A stretch of 63,970 nt of DNA, filler included. It is 7 parts of 7 records of this genome, joined end to end, with 100 filler letters (N's around TTAATTAATTAA, not from the genome) between each part and the next. Parts side by side here need not be neighbours in the genome. Positions count along the whole stretch, not along the records: positions 23,660 to 35,937 come from SRR20825010_6104; positions 36,038 to 43,422 come from SRR20825010_6116; 5 more parts are not named here. One strand, given 5' to 3'. The notes beneath the pieces are model-generated. The model searched no databases. It was given only the letters and a program-made list of their open reading frames with translations, and was not told the origin of the DNA. The position numbers and the translations under genes were made by a program. Position 1 is the stretch's first letter. Every line of letters starts with the position of its first letter. Positions 33,090 to 43,522 of this stretch are shown one piece after another.

Positions 33090-34793
33090 ATGCAATTGAT
33101 GGACCAAGATCTTTCGCAACTCATCGCCCGCGGAACCAAGGACGGTTTCCTCACCTACGATGAAGTCAACGCATACCTGCCCGATGAAGACGTCAACCCA
33201 GAGAAGCTCAACTCGCTTTTGTTGGCCCTGGAAAATCGTGGCATCCAACTGATTGAAGCCTCGGAAAAGAAGGCTCGCGACGCCGCTGCACGTCGCCCGT
33301 CCCCCAACGTTCGCGGACTGCGTTCGGTCGACATGACTGCCGACGAAGAATCACCCGAACAAATCTTGGCAAACGAAGCCGCGTCGCAAAGCTTCTCTTC
33401 GGCCGACATGCCAAAGGCCAGCGAAGATCCCATTCGCATGTACCTCAGCCAGATGGCCGAGATCCCATTGCTGTCTCGCGAAGAAGAGATCGCACTGGCA
33501 AAGAAGATCGAAATCACTCGCAAGCAATACCGTCGCTCGCTTTTGGAAACCGACTACGCTTTGCGAGCCACCGTCGACACACTGCAAAAAGTCCACTCGG
33601 GCGAACTTCCCTTCGACCGCACAATCAAAGTCTCGCTTACCGAGCGATTGACCAAGGAACAAATTTCCCAGCGGATGCCGCACAACCTGCGAACGCTGAA
33701 TGATTTGATCGCTAAGAACAAAGCCGATTTTGAAATTCTGGTTCGACGCAGTGCATCGCCACGCTTGAAAGCCGAAGTCCGCAAACAATTTCTTCGTCGT
33801 CGTCGCAAATGCCTGGAACTCGTCGAAGAATTGTCGCTGCGAAGCCGCCGCGTCACACCGTTGCTGCATCAACTCGAAAAAATCTCTGGCCGAATGACTT
33901 TCATTCGTGAGCGTTTGGCCGACCTCGGCAACGACGCGATGAGCCGCGACGAAGCTGCTGATCTGCGTCAAGAACTTCGCGAATTGATGTTGGTCACACA
34001 AGAAAGCCCAACCAGCTTGCACAACCGCATGGCCAAAGTTCGCCGCCACTTTGATCAATACGAAGCAACCAAACGCGAACTCAGTGCCGGCAACCTTCGC
34101 TTGGTGGTTTCGATCGCGAAAAAGTACCGCAACCGCGGCCTGTCGTTCTTGGATCTGATTCAAGAAGGCAACACCGGCTTGATGCGAGCGGTCGACAAAT
34201 ACGAATACCGTCGCGGTTTCAAGTTCAGCACTTACGCAACATGGTGGATTCGTCAGGCGATCACTCGTGCCATCGCTGACCAAGCTCGCACAATCCGAAT
34301 CCCCGTGCACATGATCGACGTTCTCAGCAAACTTCGCCAAGCACAAAAGCGACTCACTCAAACACTCCGTCGCGAGCCAACCTACGAAGACATTGCCGAA
34401 GCGACCGATGTGCCGATCGAAGAAGTTCGCCGAGTGATGGATATCGGACGACACCCCGTCAGCCTGGACCGTCCCGTCGGCGAAGGCGAAGACAGCAGCT
34501 TTGGCGAATTTGTCCAAGACAGCGAAACGGACAACCCGGTCCGTATCGCCGCCAGTGGCATGCTGCGAAACAAGATTGACGAACTGCTGAAAACACTGAC
34601 CTTCCGCGAACGCGAAATCATTCGCTTGCGTTACGGCTTGGTTGATGGATACAGCTACACGCTCGAAGAGTGCGGTCGAATCTTCAAGGTCACTCGCGAA
34701 CGCGTTCGTCAGATCGAAGCCAAAGCGGTTGCGAAGATGCAGAGCCCATCGCGTGCCGAGCGTTTGTCTTCTTACCTCAAACCCGCCGCTTAA
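33090..34793 (+). CDS. rpoD: Primary sigma factor sigma-70
   Basis: Region 1.1 [49 protein letters not shown]; follows dnaG. Confidence 0.95.
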   Translation: MQLMDQDLSQLIARGTKDGFLTYDEVNAYLPDEDVNPEKLNSLLLALENRGIQLIEASEKKARDAAARRPSPNVRGLRSVDMTADEESPEQILANEAASQSFSSADMPKASEDPIRMYLSQMAEIPLLSREEEIALAKKIEITRKQYRRSLLETDYALRATVDTLQKVHSGELPFDRTIKVSLTERLTKEQISQRMPHNLRTLNDLIAKNKADFEILVRRSASPRLKAEVRKQFLRRRRKCLELVEELSLRSRRVTPLLHQLEKISGRMTFIRERLADLGNDAMSRDEAADLRQELRELMLVTQESPTSLHNRMAKVRRHFDQYEATKRELSAGNLRLVVSIAKKYRNRGLSFLDLIQEGNTGLMRAVDKYEYRRGFKFSTYATWWIRQAITRAIADQARTIRIPVHMIDVLSKLRQAQKRLTQTLRREPTYEDIAEATDVPIEEVRRVMDIGRHPVSLDRPVGEGEDSSFGEFVQDSETDNPVRIAASGMLRNKIDELLKTLTFREREIIRLRYGLVDGYSYTLEECGRIFKVTRERVRQIEAKAVAKMQSPSRAERLSSYLKPAA

Positions 34794-34839
34794 CACTTTC
34801 GGCGTGCTCACCCTGAACCGGGTGAATTGAAACACAGAG

Positions 34840-34888
34840 AGCCTTCGGGGAATCGTCTTACCCAGACGAATTCCCGAAGGCTTTTTTT
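34840..34888 (+). terminator. Rho-independent terminator of dnaG-rpoD
   Basis: AGCCTTCGGG...CCCGAAGGC followed by T7. Confidence 0.85.
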
Positions 34889-35011
34889 GATTGAAACGGC
34901 CTGCTGACGTTTCAACCCAGACACCCACATTTCGCGAATTGTGATACAACTCTGCGACGACGCCCCCTCCCTGCGGCTCGGGACGATTGGACTGACCCCA
35001 CGGCGAAATAC

Positions 35012-35026
35012 GTGGCGTAATGTCGC
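35012..35026. promoter_or_regulatory. Putative RegA/PrrA-type box upstream of ccoN
   Basis: GTGGC-GTAAT-GTCGC versus GCGGC-N5-GTCGC. Confidence 0.4.
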
Positions 35027-35189
35027 GGAAACCGAAATCTGCAGGTGTTGGTGTGGGTTTTTAGGACGACTAAGTTTTTAATATTGGCAGGTGACCTTCA
35101 CTGATCACCGATGCCCGTGGCGATTGCCGCTTGGGCGTTGCCGCATTCGTGTTTGGATGCTGTTCAACTACGGAAATCTGAGGATAGAA

Positions 35190-35937
35190 ATGGCGACTGG
35201 TACGCCGACGAACGGTCCGGATGACGCAGCCTTGTCATCGGACTCAGGCACAGAAGAGGTTCGGCTGGAACAGTTTCAATATGACGACGGCATTGTCCGT
35301 TTGTTTGCGACGGCCACGATTGTGTGGGGCATTGTCGCAACCCTGGTTGGCCTGATCGTCGCTGTGCTGCTGGTGCTTCCGTCGATCACGGGTGGATTGC
35401 CCTGGTTCTCGTTCGCGAGGCTGCGTCCTCTGCACACCAACGCCGCCATCTTCGCATTTGCCGGCAACGGTATTTTCGCCGCGGTCTACTACAGCACACA
35501 ACGACTTTGCAAAGCCCGTATGTGGAGCGACGTCCTCAGTCGTCTGCACTTCTGGGGTTGGCAACTCATCATTGTCCTGGCAGCCATCACGCTTCCTCTG
35601 GGCATCACCCAAAGCCGCGAATATGCGGAACTGGAATGGCCGATCGATTTGTTGATCGCGGTCGTTTGGTTGTTCATTTTCGGTGGCAATTTCTTGATGA
35701 CGTTGATCAAGCGACGCGAGCGACACATGTACGTCGCGTTGTGGTTCTACATTGCCACGATCGTGACAGTCGCGTTGTTGCACGTGTTCAACAACCTCGT
35801 CATTCCCGCTGGTTGGTTCAAAGGGTACAGCGTTTACGCGGGTGTCCAAGACGCATTCATGCAGTGGTGGTATGGCCACAACGCGGTTGCGTTTTTCTTG
35901 ACGACGCCATTCCTGGGGCTGATGTACTACTTCCTGC
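35190..35937 (+). CDS. ccoN: cbb3-type cytochrome c oxidase subunit I, 3'-truncated
   Basis: RLRPLHTNAAIFAF, EYAELEW, QWWYGHNAVAFFLT. Confidence 0.96.
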
Positions 35938-36037
35938 NNNNNNNNNNNNNNNNNNNNNNNNNNNNNNNNNNNNNNNNNNNNTTAATTAATTAANNNNNNN
36001 NNNNNNNNNNNNNNNNNNNNNNNNNNNNNNNNNNNNN
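35938..36037. other. Artificial contig spacer
   Basis: N44-TTAATTAATTAA-N44. Confidence 0.99.
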
Positions 36038-36902
36038 TTTCGTTCAACAACTCTATGCTCTCATATACTTCATAGAAAAGCACGGAAATCGGAGATACCA
36101 AGGCCTCACTTTCTTTCAAAAGCAGAAAACCGTTATCTAGATGATCTTCTAAATTCACCAGATAGATTGATTTATTGTAATCGTAATTATTATGGTATTT
36201 GTGATGAGAGCTTATAGGTGAATAGACCTCCAATGCTCTTAGCAAATCCTGCAGTTGATTCTTAGATTTTACATAAATCTTAGAGACATTTCTACAACCC
36301 AGTCCATAATATTGGAAGATATCTTTACCAAGATTGATATAATCCTCAGTACTCTCCTCTCCAGTCAATACCGCTACTGAAGTTCTATTTTGACGAATGA
36401 CGTGCGGATATTTACCGAAATAATAATTGAAATAGCGAGAAGAATTATCACTGCCTGTAGCAATATAGGCGTCCATTCCTTTCAACATTTCGGCTACACG
36501 AATCTGAGACTCCATCCTCGGGTCTATTTCGATCAGCTTTTTGATGAGCCATTTCATCACAACCTCATCAGAAGAACTCAATTTGATCACAACTTGATGA
36601 CCAGACAAGAGAACGCACATCATATCATGAAAACCCACTGCAGGAATATTCCCTGCCATCATCAATCCAATGGATTGGGGATTTTCCACTTCTTTCAACT
36701 CATATATAGAAAGCCAAGCATCCAATTTCTCTTCGGAAATCATTATTGAAATACCATCAAGTGCGGACTCTACAGAAGCTTTGGTGAACCAATTATTATT
36801 GTTCTCTGCTCTCCAGAGCAATTCATCTTTTTCTTCTGGATTTAAGTCCTGTATTGCTTTCCCAAGTTTGACAAATACGGAAATACGTTCTGCTGGCTTC
36901 AT
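36038..36902 (-). CDS. Acyl-CoA reductase (LuxC-like), 3'-truncated
   Basis: NNWFT, MAGNIPAVGFHD, IATGSDNS, YYGLGCRNVSK. Confidence 0.88.
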
Positions 36903-36920
36903 GTTTTTGAATTATTGAGG

Positions 36921-36928
36921 CAAATTTA
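36921..36928 (-). promoter_or_regulatory. Bacteroidota -7 promoter box
   Basis: TAAATTTG on the minus strand matches TAnnTTTG. Confidence 0.6.
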
Positions 36929-37013
36929 GCTTTTTTGAAAAGAAGCATCCTTAGAATCGAATTAAATTAGTTAGTATGACAACTTTTTTATTGCCTCACA
37001 GTTTTAAGGTTGT

Positions 37014-37021
37014 TACTTTTG
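37014..37021 (+). promoter_or_regulatory. Bacteroidota -7 promoter box
   Basis: TACTTTTG upstream of the ferredoxin gene. Confidence 0.6.
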
Positions 37022-37041
37022 ATCTTTAAATAATTGAAGTT

Positions 37042-37389
37042 ATGGCTATAATGATTACTGACGAATGCATCAATTGCGGTGCATGCGAACCAGAATGTCC
37101 AAACACTGCCATCTACGAAGGTGGAGTTGAGTGGACTTGGGGTGGCGGTACTAGTTTGAATGAAGTTACTTTAGAAGACGGTACAGTCGTAGATGGGAAT
37201 GAGAAGCAAGATCCTGTATCGGATGAATTCTACTATATCGTAACCGATAAATGCACCGAATGCAACGGCTTTCATGAGGAGCCTCAATGCGCGGCTGTAT
37301 GTCCAGTAGATTGCTGTGTGGATGATCCCGATCACCGTGAATCAGAAGAAGCTTTATTAGCCAAAAAGGCGATGATGCATGGTGAGTAA
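37042..37389 (+). CDS. 2[4Fe-4S] dicluster ferredoxin
   Basis: CINCGACEPECP and CTECNGFHEEPQCAAVCP. Confidence 0.93.
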   Translation: MAIMITDECINCGACEPECPNTAIYEGGVEWTWGGGTSLNEVTLEDGTVVDGNEKQDPVSDEFYYIVTDKCTECNGFHEEPQCAAVCPVDCCVDDPDHRESEEALLAKKAMMHGE

Positions 37390-37558
37390 GCTTTCCTAAT
37401 AAGTCAGGATCTTTATTTTCACACCTATTTTCTTATTATACGGTTTTGATAAAGGCAGCTTTGCTAAAATAATTAGGCTTTGGACTTGAATTCTCGAAGC
37501 TAATTGTTTTATCTTGGGTTGTATTTTAAACAACCTTATACTCATAACATTTAGAATT

Positions 37559-37888
37559 GTGGACGATCAAAGAGGCTATGACAGAGAGGAGATTTTCTCT
37601 AAGAAAGTAAAAGCAGGTAAGAGAACGTATTTTTTCGATGTAAAATCAACTCGTTCAAATGACTATTACCTGACCATAACGGAAAGTAAGAGAAAAGTAA
37701 ACGGAGATAACTTTACCTACGAAAAGCATAAAATCTTCCTTTATAAGGAGGATTTCTTCAAATTTGTGGAAGCACTCAACGAATCTGTAGATCATGTGAA
37801 AAATGAGCTTCTTCCGGATGTTGATTTTGAACAATACGAAAAAGAAGAATCAGAGTCAGAGTATAATGACGAATTGAAGTGGGAATAA
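37559..37888 (+). CDS. DUF3276 / PUR-family ssDNA/RNA-binding protein
   Basis: KAGKRTYFFDVK, YLTITESKR, KHKIFLYKEDF; probable GTG start. Confidence 0.88.
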   Translation: MDDQRGYDREEIFSKKVKAGKRTYFFDVKSTRSNDYYLTITESKRKVNGDNFTYEKHKIFLYKEDFFKFVEALNESVDHVKNELLPDVDFEQYEKEESESEYNDELKWE

Positions 37889-37941
37889 TTCAGCTAGATT
37901 GATCAGATATCTAGTTTCAAAATAGAGAAATAGTATATTAG

Positions 37942-37972
37942 AGGAGACAGTAATGTCTCCTTTTCTTATTTT
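37942..37972 (+). terminator. Rho-independent terminator
   Basis: AGGAGACA-GTAA-TGTCTCCT followed by a T-rich tail. Confidence 0.65.
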
Positions 37973-37977
37973 AGAAT

Positions 37978-39063
37978 ATGCAGCGTTTTTTCATTTATCT
38001 CATTTTATTCACCGCAGTTTTCCTGCTTTTCGGCTGGTATTTTTCCAATATCACGCTTTACCTAGTCATTTCTTTAATACTAGCAGCACTGCTACGCCCA
38101 CTTACTAACCGACTAAATGACTTCCACTTATTAGGTCAGCATATTCCACGATGGTCCGCAATTCTGCTTTCCTATTCAGCGATCGTGCTGTTGATGGTAT
38201 TACTTAGCTTTCTGTTTTTCCCGCTGATCAATAATCAGATTATTATATTAAGCGAATTGGATTTAAATGGAATCTACGAGCAAATTCAAATACCTGTAAC
38301 TAGAGTTGAAGGGTTTCTTTTCAGACATGAGTTACTGGAAACAGAACCTGGGTATTTATTTGGTAGTTTGAAATCCAGCATGATCGAAATGATCAAAGGA
38401 TTTGATTTCACTAGCTTTATAGGCGGAGTAATAAACACTACAAGCAGCCTATTTATAGGCACCATGGCTATTGCTTTTATTAGCTTTTTCTTGCTGTTAG
38501 AAAATGGGCTTCTGAGAAGGAATCTTCTTAATCTAATCCCAAACCCCTATTTTGAACTATCAGTAGCAACCTTTACTAAGGTCGAAAAACTACTTTCTAA
38601 TTATCTATCGGGGCTTTTACTTCAAATGCTGGCTATCTTCTCTTTAGCAAGTTTTGGTCTCACCGTCATGGGGGTAGAATATGCGCTGACGATTGCGCTT
38701 TTTGCAGCTGTGGCCAACCTCATTCCTTATGCAGGCCCTTTACTTGGTGCCACTTTCGGTATCATAGTCGGAATTTCATCAGGTAGTTTTGAGACAAACA
38801 GCGAATTAAATTACCTTATCATCAAGATACTTTCCGTATTTGGGCTGGTTCAGATCACGGATAATATATTTCTTCAGCCTATGATTTTTTCTAAATCAGT
38901 GAAAGCGCATCCCCTTGAAATATTTGTTGTTATCTTTGCCGGGGCAAAAATCGCAGGCGTAGTCGGGATGATTTTTGCAATACCACTTTACACCATCTTT
39001 AGAGTTTTCATTTTGGAGTTCTACAAGGGGTATAAATCTTACAGAATATTTAAAATAAAATAA
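37978..39063 (+). CDS. AI-2E family transporter
   Basis: Multiple TM segments; NLIPYAGP, DNIFLQP, HPL, GMIFAIP. Confidence 0.9.
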   Translation: MQRFFIYLILFTAVFLLFGWYFSNITLYLVISLILAALLRPLTNRLNDFHLLGQHIPRWSAILLSYSAIVLLMVLLSFLFFPLINNQIIILSELDLNGIYEQIQIPVTRVEGFLFRHELLETEPGYLFGSLKSSMIEMIKGFDFTSFIGGVINTTSSLFIGTMAIAFISFFLLLENGLLRRNLLNLIPNPYFELSVATFTKVEKLLSNYLSGLLLQMLAIFSLASFGLTVMGVEYALTIALFAAVANLIPYAGPLLGATFGIIVGISSGSFETNSELNYLIIKILSVFGLVQITDNIFLQPMIFSKSVKAHPLEIFVVIFAGAKIAGVVGMIFAIPLYTIFRVFILEFYKGYKSYRIFKIK

Positions 39064-39070
39064 CGAATTA

Positions 39071-40168
39071 ATGGCATTACAATGTGGCATTGTAGGACTT
39101 CCAAACGTAGGAAAATCCACTCTGTTTAACGCCCTATCCAGTGCGAAAGCTGAAGCAGCTAATTTTCCTTTTTGCACTATAGAACCTAATGTGGGTGTAG
39201 TTACCGTTCCCGACAAGAGACTTCAGATCCTTGAAGAGCTTGTCAATCCTCATCGTGTTCTTCCGACCGTGATTGAATTTGTGGATATCGCTGGACTAGT
39301 AAAAGGTGCGAGCAAAGGTGAGGGCCTTGGAAATAAATTTCTTGCAAACATCCGCGAGGTAGATGCAGTGATCCATGTGATCAGGTGCTTTGACGATGAC
39401 AACATCGTCCACGTAGCTGGTGGTGTAGACCCGATTTTCGACAAGGAAGTAATTGACACTGAACTTCAATTGAAAGATTTGGAGTCTGTGGAAAAGAAAA
39501 TTCAGAAGTCTGAGAAGATCGCCAAATCCGGAGATGCTAAAGCAAAGAAAGAGCTTGAAACACTTTTACTATTCAAGCAAGCGCTGGTAGACGGTAAAAA
39601 CGCTAGATCTGTTGATGTAGATAAGGAAGAGCTTGAGGCTGTTCGTGACCTACATTTGTTGACAATCAAGCCTGTGATCTATGTAGCCAATGTGGACGAA
39701 AACAGTTTGCAAACTGGCAACAAGCACGTAGACAAGCTGAAAGAAGAAGTGAAGGATGAAAACGCTGAAGTAATCATCCTGTGCGCGGCTATCGAAGAAC
39801 AAATCGCAGAATTCGAAGATCCTGAAGAGAAGGAAATGTTCCTTGGAGAATACGGACTGGAAGAAAGCGGATTGAACAAATTGATCAGTGGTGCGTATTC
39901 TTTATTAGACTTGATTACTTATTTCACAGCTGGAGTGCAGGAGGTTAGAGCTTGGACAATCAAAAAAGGTTGGAAAGCACCAGCCGCTGCAGGAGTAATT
40001 CACACAGATTTTGAAAGAGGTTTTATCAAAGCTGAAGTAATAAAACTAGCTGAATATCAGAAATTCAAAACTGAAGCAGCGTGCCGAGAAAACGGAAAAA
40101 TTGCTATTGAAGGCAAAGAGTACATTGTCCAGGATGGTGACATTATGCATTTTAGATTTAATGTATAA
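39071..40168 (+). CDS. ychF: Redox-regulated ribosome-binding ATPase YchF
   Basis: [50 protein letters not shown]. Confidence 0.98.
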   Translation: MALQCGIVGLPNVGKSTLFNALSSAKAEAANFPFCTIEPNVGVVTVPDKRLQILEELVNPHRVLPTVIEFVDIAGLVKGASKGEGLGNKFLANIREVDAVIHVIRCFDDDNIVHVAGGVDPIFDKEVIDTELQLKDLESVEKKIQKSEKIAKSGDAKAKKELETLLLFKQALVDGKNARSVDVDKEELEAVRDLHLLTIKPVIYVANVDENSLQTGNKHVDKLKEEVKDENAEVIILCAAIEEQIAEFEDPEEKEMFLGEYGLEESGLNKLISGAYSLLDLITYFTAGVQEVRAWTIKKGWKAPAAAGVIHTDFERGFIKAEVIKLAEYQKFKTEAACRENGKIAIEGKEYIVQDGDIMHFRFNV

Positions 40169-40188
40169 CAATTTCTCAAAAAAAATGA

Positions 40189-40196
40189 TAATTTTG
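40189..40196 (+). promoter_or_regulatory. Bacteroidota -7 promoter box upstream of the cas6-like gene
   Basis: TAATTTTG matches TAnnTTTG, ~70 nt before the GTG start. Confidence 0.5.
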
Positions 40197-40265
40197 TAAG
40201 TGCGTATTCACCCCAAGCGTTACAATTTTATCTTATTTATTGTCTCATTTTATTTTTAATTTACC

Positions 40266-41162
40266 GTGAGAGTTAGACTAATATTTTCCCTAAAAAACAA
40301 GGGTTCCTATTTACCTTTTCATCATCAGTATATACTGGCGCAATTCCTTAAAGGATTAATTGTGAAAGGTGGAAGAGAAGAGTTTTACAACTACAACTAT
40401 TTCAATTTTTCTGGCTTGAAGGGCCAGACTAAAGTTAGTAGAAGTGGATTGCATTACTATTCCAGTTTGGTAACCCTAGTGTTGTCTTCCCAAAGTGAAG
40501 ACTTCATGGACTATCTGTTAGAGCAGGTTTTTGCCACCCCAAAAATCGAGCTTGGCAATTTAATAATGGTTCCAGAATACACTGAAATCGAAGTAGAACC
40601 AGTTTTGGAGACTTCAAACAAGTTTGTTTGTATCTCCCCATTGGTATTGATCACTCCTGCATTTAATGAGGAAGCTGGAAAGCGTTTTATTAGCCCGGAT
40701 AGCGATGAGTTCTCCGATCTACTATATGAATCTACGCTTACTCGAATGGAGCGTTCAGGCTGGTATACACCTGAGCAAATGGAAACATTCTACAAGTTCC
40801 AAGTGGTTCCAGACATGGTTTATGTAAATAAGCTTAAGGAAGCACAGAAGAAATTTGCTAGAATCTATGCCGTTTACGACATGGATGTGAAATACGAAGT
40901 GAGAGGCTATACGCTACCAATCACATTATACGCTGCACCTGAGGTTCAGGACTTCGTATTCAAATGTGGCTTGGGGGCATTTACTCACAAAGGTTTTGGT
41001 ATGCTGGACTTGGCTAATCACCCAACAGGTCCAAGAACTACTACCTACAAATTCAAAAGAGAAGGATTTGTTCCTTACAAGCCAAGTGAGCGTATTCGAG
41101 AGAACGTCGCTCCACCTGCAGAAGAGGACAAAGAATCACCTGCTTCTACAGAAGAATCATAA
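40266..41162 (+). CDS. cas6: Stand-alone Cas6-family (RAMP) protein
   Basis: MRVRL...LPFHHQY...FNFS N-terminus; ISPLVL; C-terminal G-loop GLGAFTHKGFGM (GhGxxxxxGhG). Confidence 0.82.
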   Translation: MRVRLIFSLKNKGSYLPFHHQYILAQFLKGLIVKGGREEFYNYNYFNFSGLKGQTKVSRSGLHYYSSLVTLVLSSQSEDFMDYLLEQVFATPKIELGNLIMVPEYTEIEVEPVLETSNKFVCISPLVLITPAFNEEAGKRFISPDSDEFSDLLYESTLTRMERSGWYTPEQMETFYKFQVVPDMVYVNKLKEAQKKFARIYAVYDMDVKYEVRGYTLPITLYAAPEVQDFVFKCGLGAFTHKGFGMLDLANHPTGPRTTTYKFKREGFVPYKPSERIRENVAPPAEEDKESPASTEES

Positions 41163-41166
41163 AATT

Positions 41167-41201
41167 GAAAAACGCCGGCTCATATCAAGCTGGCGTTTTT
41201 C
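41167..41201. terminator. Bidirectional Rho-independent terminator after cas6
   Basis: GAAAAACGCCGGCT-N7-AGCTGGCGTTTTTC. Confidence 0.85.
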
Positions 41202-41278
41202 GTTATATGGAAAAGAAATCCTTTCCAGCAATTCATGCTTAGTAAGGCAAAGAATTAATGCTGCTGAAACTTCCACAA

Positions 41279-41767
41279 TCAATCTGGTCTCGAGGCTAAT
41301 CTGATTATTTCAGCATCTTCCTTAGAAAGTTTAAACAAAGTTTTAATCCGATCAGGAGTCGGCTTTGCTATAGAAAAGAAGAAAAGTGCGCCTGCAAAAA
41401 TAAAATTGTAAATCGCTGAGCCGAAAAAAAGCAAACCAACTGAGCAAATCAACGCAACCACGAAGAGGATCACATACCGTTCACGCGTAGCATTCGCATA
41501 GATTTTAAGCTTTACTAGCAAATCCTCCGTCAAAAAAACAGCCTTCACTTTCTTACGAAAAAGCAAGTATTGAACTACCAGAAGGCCAATTCCAGCACTA
41601 GACAAAATTTGCCCTACCAAGGATGGCAATTCTGGGAGGTTCCAAGTTAATTTCCCGGAAGATTGATACAAGTAAATCATCCCAAAAATGGGTAATACCA
41701 GTACTAATAGAATCAATATAAGTTGATCAAGGTTTTTGTAAACCTTCCTGTATTCCTGAATTTCCAA
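41279..41767 (-). CDS. Hypothetical membrane protein (~4 TM)
   Basis: 162-aa ORF with four hydrophobic segments; 26 nt after the oxidoreductase. Confidence 0.75.
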   Translation of the reverse strand: MEIQEYRKVYKNLDQLILILLVLVLPIFGMIYLYQSSGKLTWNLPELPSLVGQILSSAGIGLLVVQYLLFRKKVKAVFLTEDLLVKLKIYANATRERYVILFVVALICSVGLLFFGSAIYNFIFAGALFFFSIAKPTPDRIKTLFKLSKEDAEIIRLASRPD

Positions 41768-41793
41768 AATAAGAGTTTTATAAGTTGCCTGAA

Positions 41794-42897
41794 TTACTCA
41801 ATCGTCACCTTGACATCATCTGTCAATGGATGCGACACGCAGCATAGCACGTAGCCAGCCTCAATTTCATTCGGGCTCAACCCTGCATCCTCGTCCATCT
41901 TGACTTTACCACTAAGCAATCTGCCTCTACAAGCAGTACATAGACCACTTTGACAACTGTAAGGCATATTTAAATCCTGAGCAAGTCCGGCTTCAAGGAT
42001 AGTCTTATCCGGAGACACCGTTACAGCATACTCTTCTCCCTCTAGAATCACTTTAACATCTCTAGTCAACAATCCACCCGTGATGCCGTGTGCTGCGTCG
42101 TCATGCGCTTTGTCTGCAGCAGCTGAATAGAAACTTTCACGATGTACTTTCTCACTAGGAACTCCCAACTCATCCAATATAGAAACCACATTATCCATGA
42201 TACCTTCTGGTCCACAGGCAAAGTACTCCTTATCGAATTCCGGTTCTGATTCAGCTTTTTTGGCAAACTCAAGAATAGTCTCTTTGGTCACACGTCCTTT
42301 GAGACCAGTCCAAGCTTCACTCGGTTGACTCAAATTATGAATCACTTCAAGTCTATCTGTATTTTTCTCTACTAAAGATTCTAATTCCTTCTTGAAAATA
42401 ATTTGCTCTTCATTTCGGCTACAGTAAAGCAAAGACACCTTGGAATTTGGCTCGTTTACCAAGACAGACTTCAAAATCCCCATGATAGGTGTAATACCAC
42501 TACCTGCAGCCACTAGGAAGAAATGCTTTCTATTTTTGGAATGAAAATCAGTTGTAAAATTACCCAAAGGCTTAAGCACGTTGATTGTTTTCCCAGGGAA
42601 AACTCGCTCATTCAAAAAATTGGAAAATTTGCCTTTGGGAACACGCTTAACAGAAATCCCAGGAAATGGATCTACATATGGAGAAGTACAAAGGCTATAA
42701 GATCTACGCTGCTCCTTGCCTTCAAAATCCATCACAAGCGTCAAAAACTGACCTGGCTTATAATCAAGAAACGGCTCTGGCTGCTCAAAATACAAAGTGA
42801 CTGTATCTGCCGTTTCCTTCACTACCTCCCTCACTTTCAGCGGTAAATACTGTGACGTCTTTACCTCTTCCTTCTTTTTCTTAAATATATTGAACAT
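41794..42897 (-). CDS. FAD/NAD-binding oxidoreductase with C-terminal 2Fe-2S domain (PaaE/FNR-like)
   Basis: PGQFL, RSYSL, AGSGITP, CGP, CQSGLCTAC...C. Confidence 0.9.
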   Translation of the reverse strand: MFNIFKKKKEEVKTSQYLPLKVREVVKETADTVTLYFEQPEPFLDYKPGQFLTLVMDFEGKEQRRSYSLCTSPYVDPFPGISVKRVPKGKFSNFLNERVFPGKTINVLKPLGNFTTDFHSKNRKHFFLVAAGSGITPIMGILKSVLVNEPNSKVSLLYCSRNEEQIIFKKELESLVEKNTDRLEVIHNLSQPSEAWTGLKGRVTKETILEFAKKAESEPEFDKEYFACGPEGIMDNVVSILDELGVPSEKVHRESFYSAAADKAHDDAAHGITGGLLTRDVKVILEGEEYAVTVSPDKTILEAGLAQDLNMPYSCQSGLCTACRGRLLSGKVKMDEDAGLSPNEIEAGYVLCCVSHPLTDDVKVTIE

Positions 42898-42931
42898 TCC
42901 TGATCTGAGCTTTTATCTGTTTAAACGGTTG

Positions 42932-42939
42932 CAAAATTA
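42932..42939 (-). promoter_or_regulatory. Bacteroidota -7 promoter box
   Basis: TAATTTTG on the minus strand. Confidence 0.55.
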
Positions 42940-43077
42940 ACCCGCTAAGTCAAATATTCTGGCTTGTAACTGATTATTTGTAAATCTTAACTTAGATAAT
43001 ATCAAGCTAGTTCGAATTAATTGAATGTTATTTCCTGAATTAGGTGATTCAAAACCCAAGTTTTGGCTTCAAAAAAT

Positions 43078-43085
43078 TAACTTTG
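43078..43085 (+). promoter_or_regulatory. Bacteroidota -7 promoter box
   Basis: TAACTTTG upstream of purB. Confidence 0.6.
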
Positions 43086-43116
43086 CACCTTCCTAAAACC
43101 AAATTGATTAAAAGAG

Positions 43117-43422
43117 ATGGAATTAAACGCATTGACCGCAGTGACCTCTGTAGATGGACGCTATGCTGGCAAAACAGCTCCGTTGAGAGCATATTTTTCT
43201 GAATTTGCCCTTATCAAATACCGTGTTCATGTAGAAGTAGAATACTTCATTGCGCTCTGCGAACTTCCATTGCCGCAACTAAAGGATTTTGATAAAAGCC
43301 TTTTTGAGAATCTTAGAGCTATAGTTTCTGACTTTTCGCTAACTGATGCTGATACAATCAAAGCCACCGAGAAAATCACTAATCATGATGTGAAGGCTGT
43401 GGAATATTTCTTGAAAGAGAAA
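43117..43422 (+). CDS. purB: Adenylosuccinate lyase, 5' fragment
   Basis: DGRYA, FSEFAL, TNHDVKAVEYFLKE. Confidence 0.93.
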
Positions 43423-43522
43423 NNNNNNNNNNNNNNNNNNNNNNNNNNNNNNNNNNNNNNNNNNNNTTAATTAATTAANNNNNNNNNNNNNNNNNNNNNN
43501 NNNNNNNNNNNNNNNNNNNNNN
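43423..43522. other. Artificial contig spacer
   Basis: N44-TTAATTAATTAA-N44. Confidence 0.99.

Noticed and set aside
33351-34949. 532-aa ORF antisense to rpoD
   Set aside because: Shadow ORF caused by codon bias of a conserved gene; no recognisable motifs.
36038-36902. Bioluminescence (luxC) locus
   Set aside because: No other lux genes are visible; the acyl-CoA reductase/ferredoxin pair is common in Bacteroidota.
36038-43422. CRISPR array or mini-array near cas6, including ATTGAAA right after its stop codon
   Set aside because: I found no repeated 25-40-nt unit by eye. ATTGAAA is single and overlaps the A-tract of the terminator.
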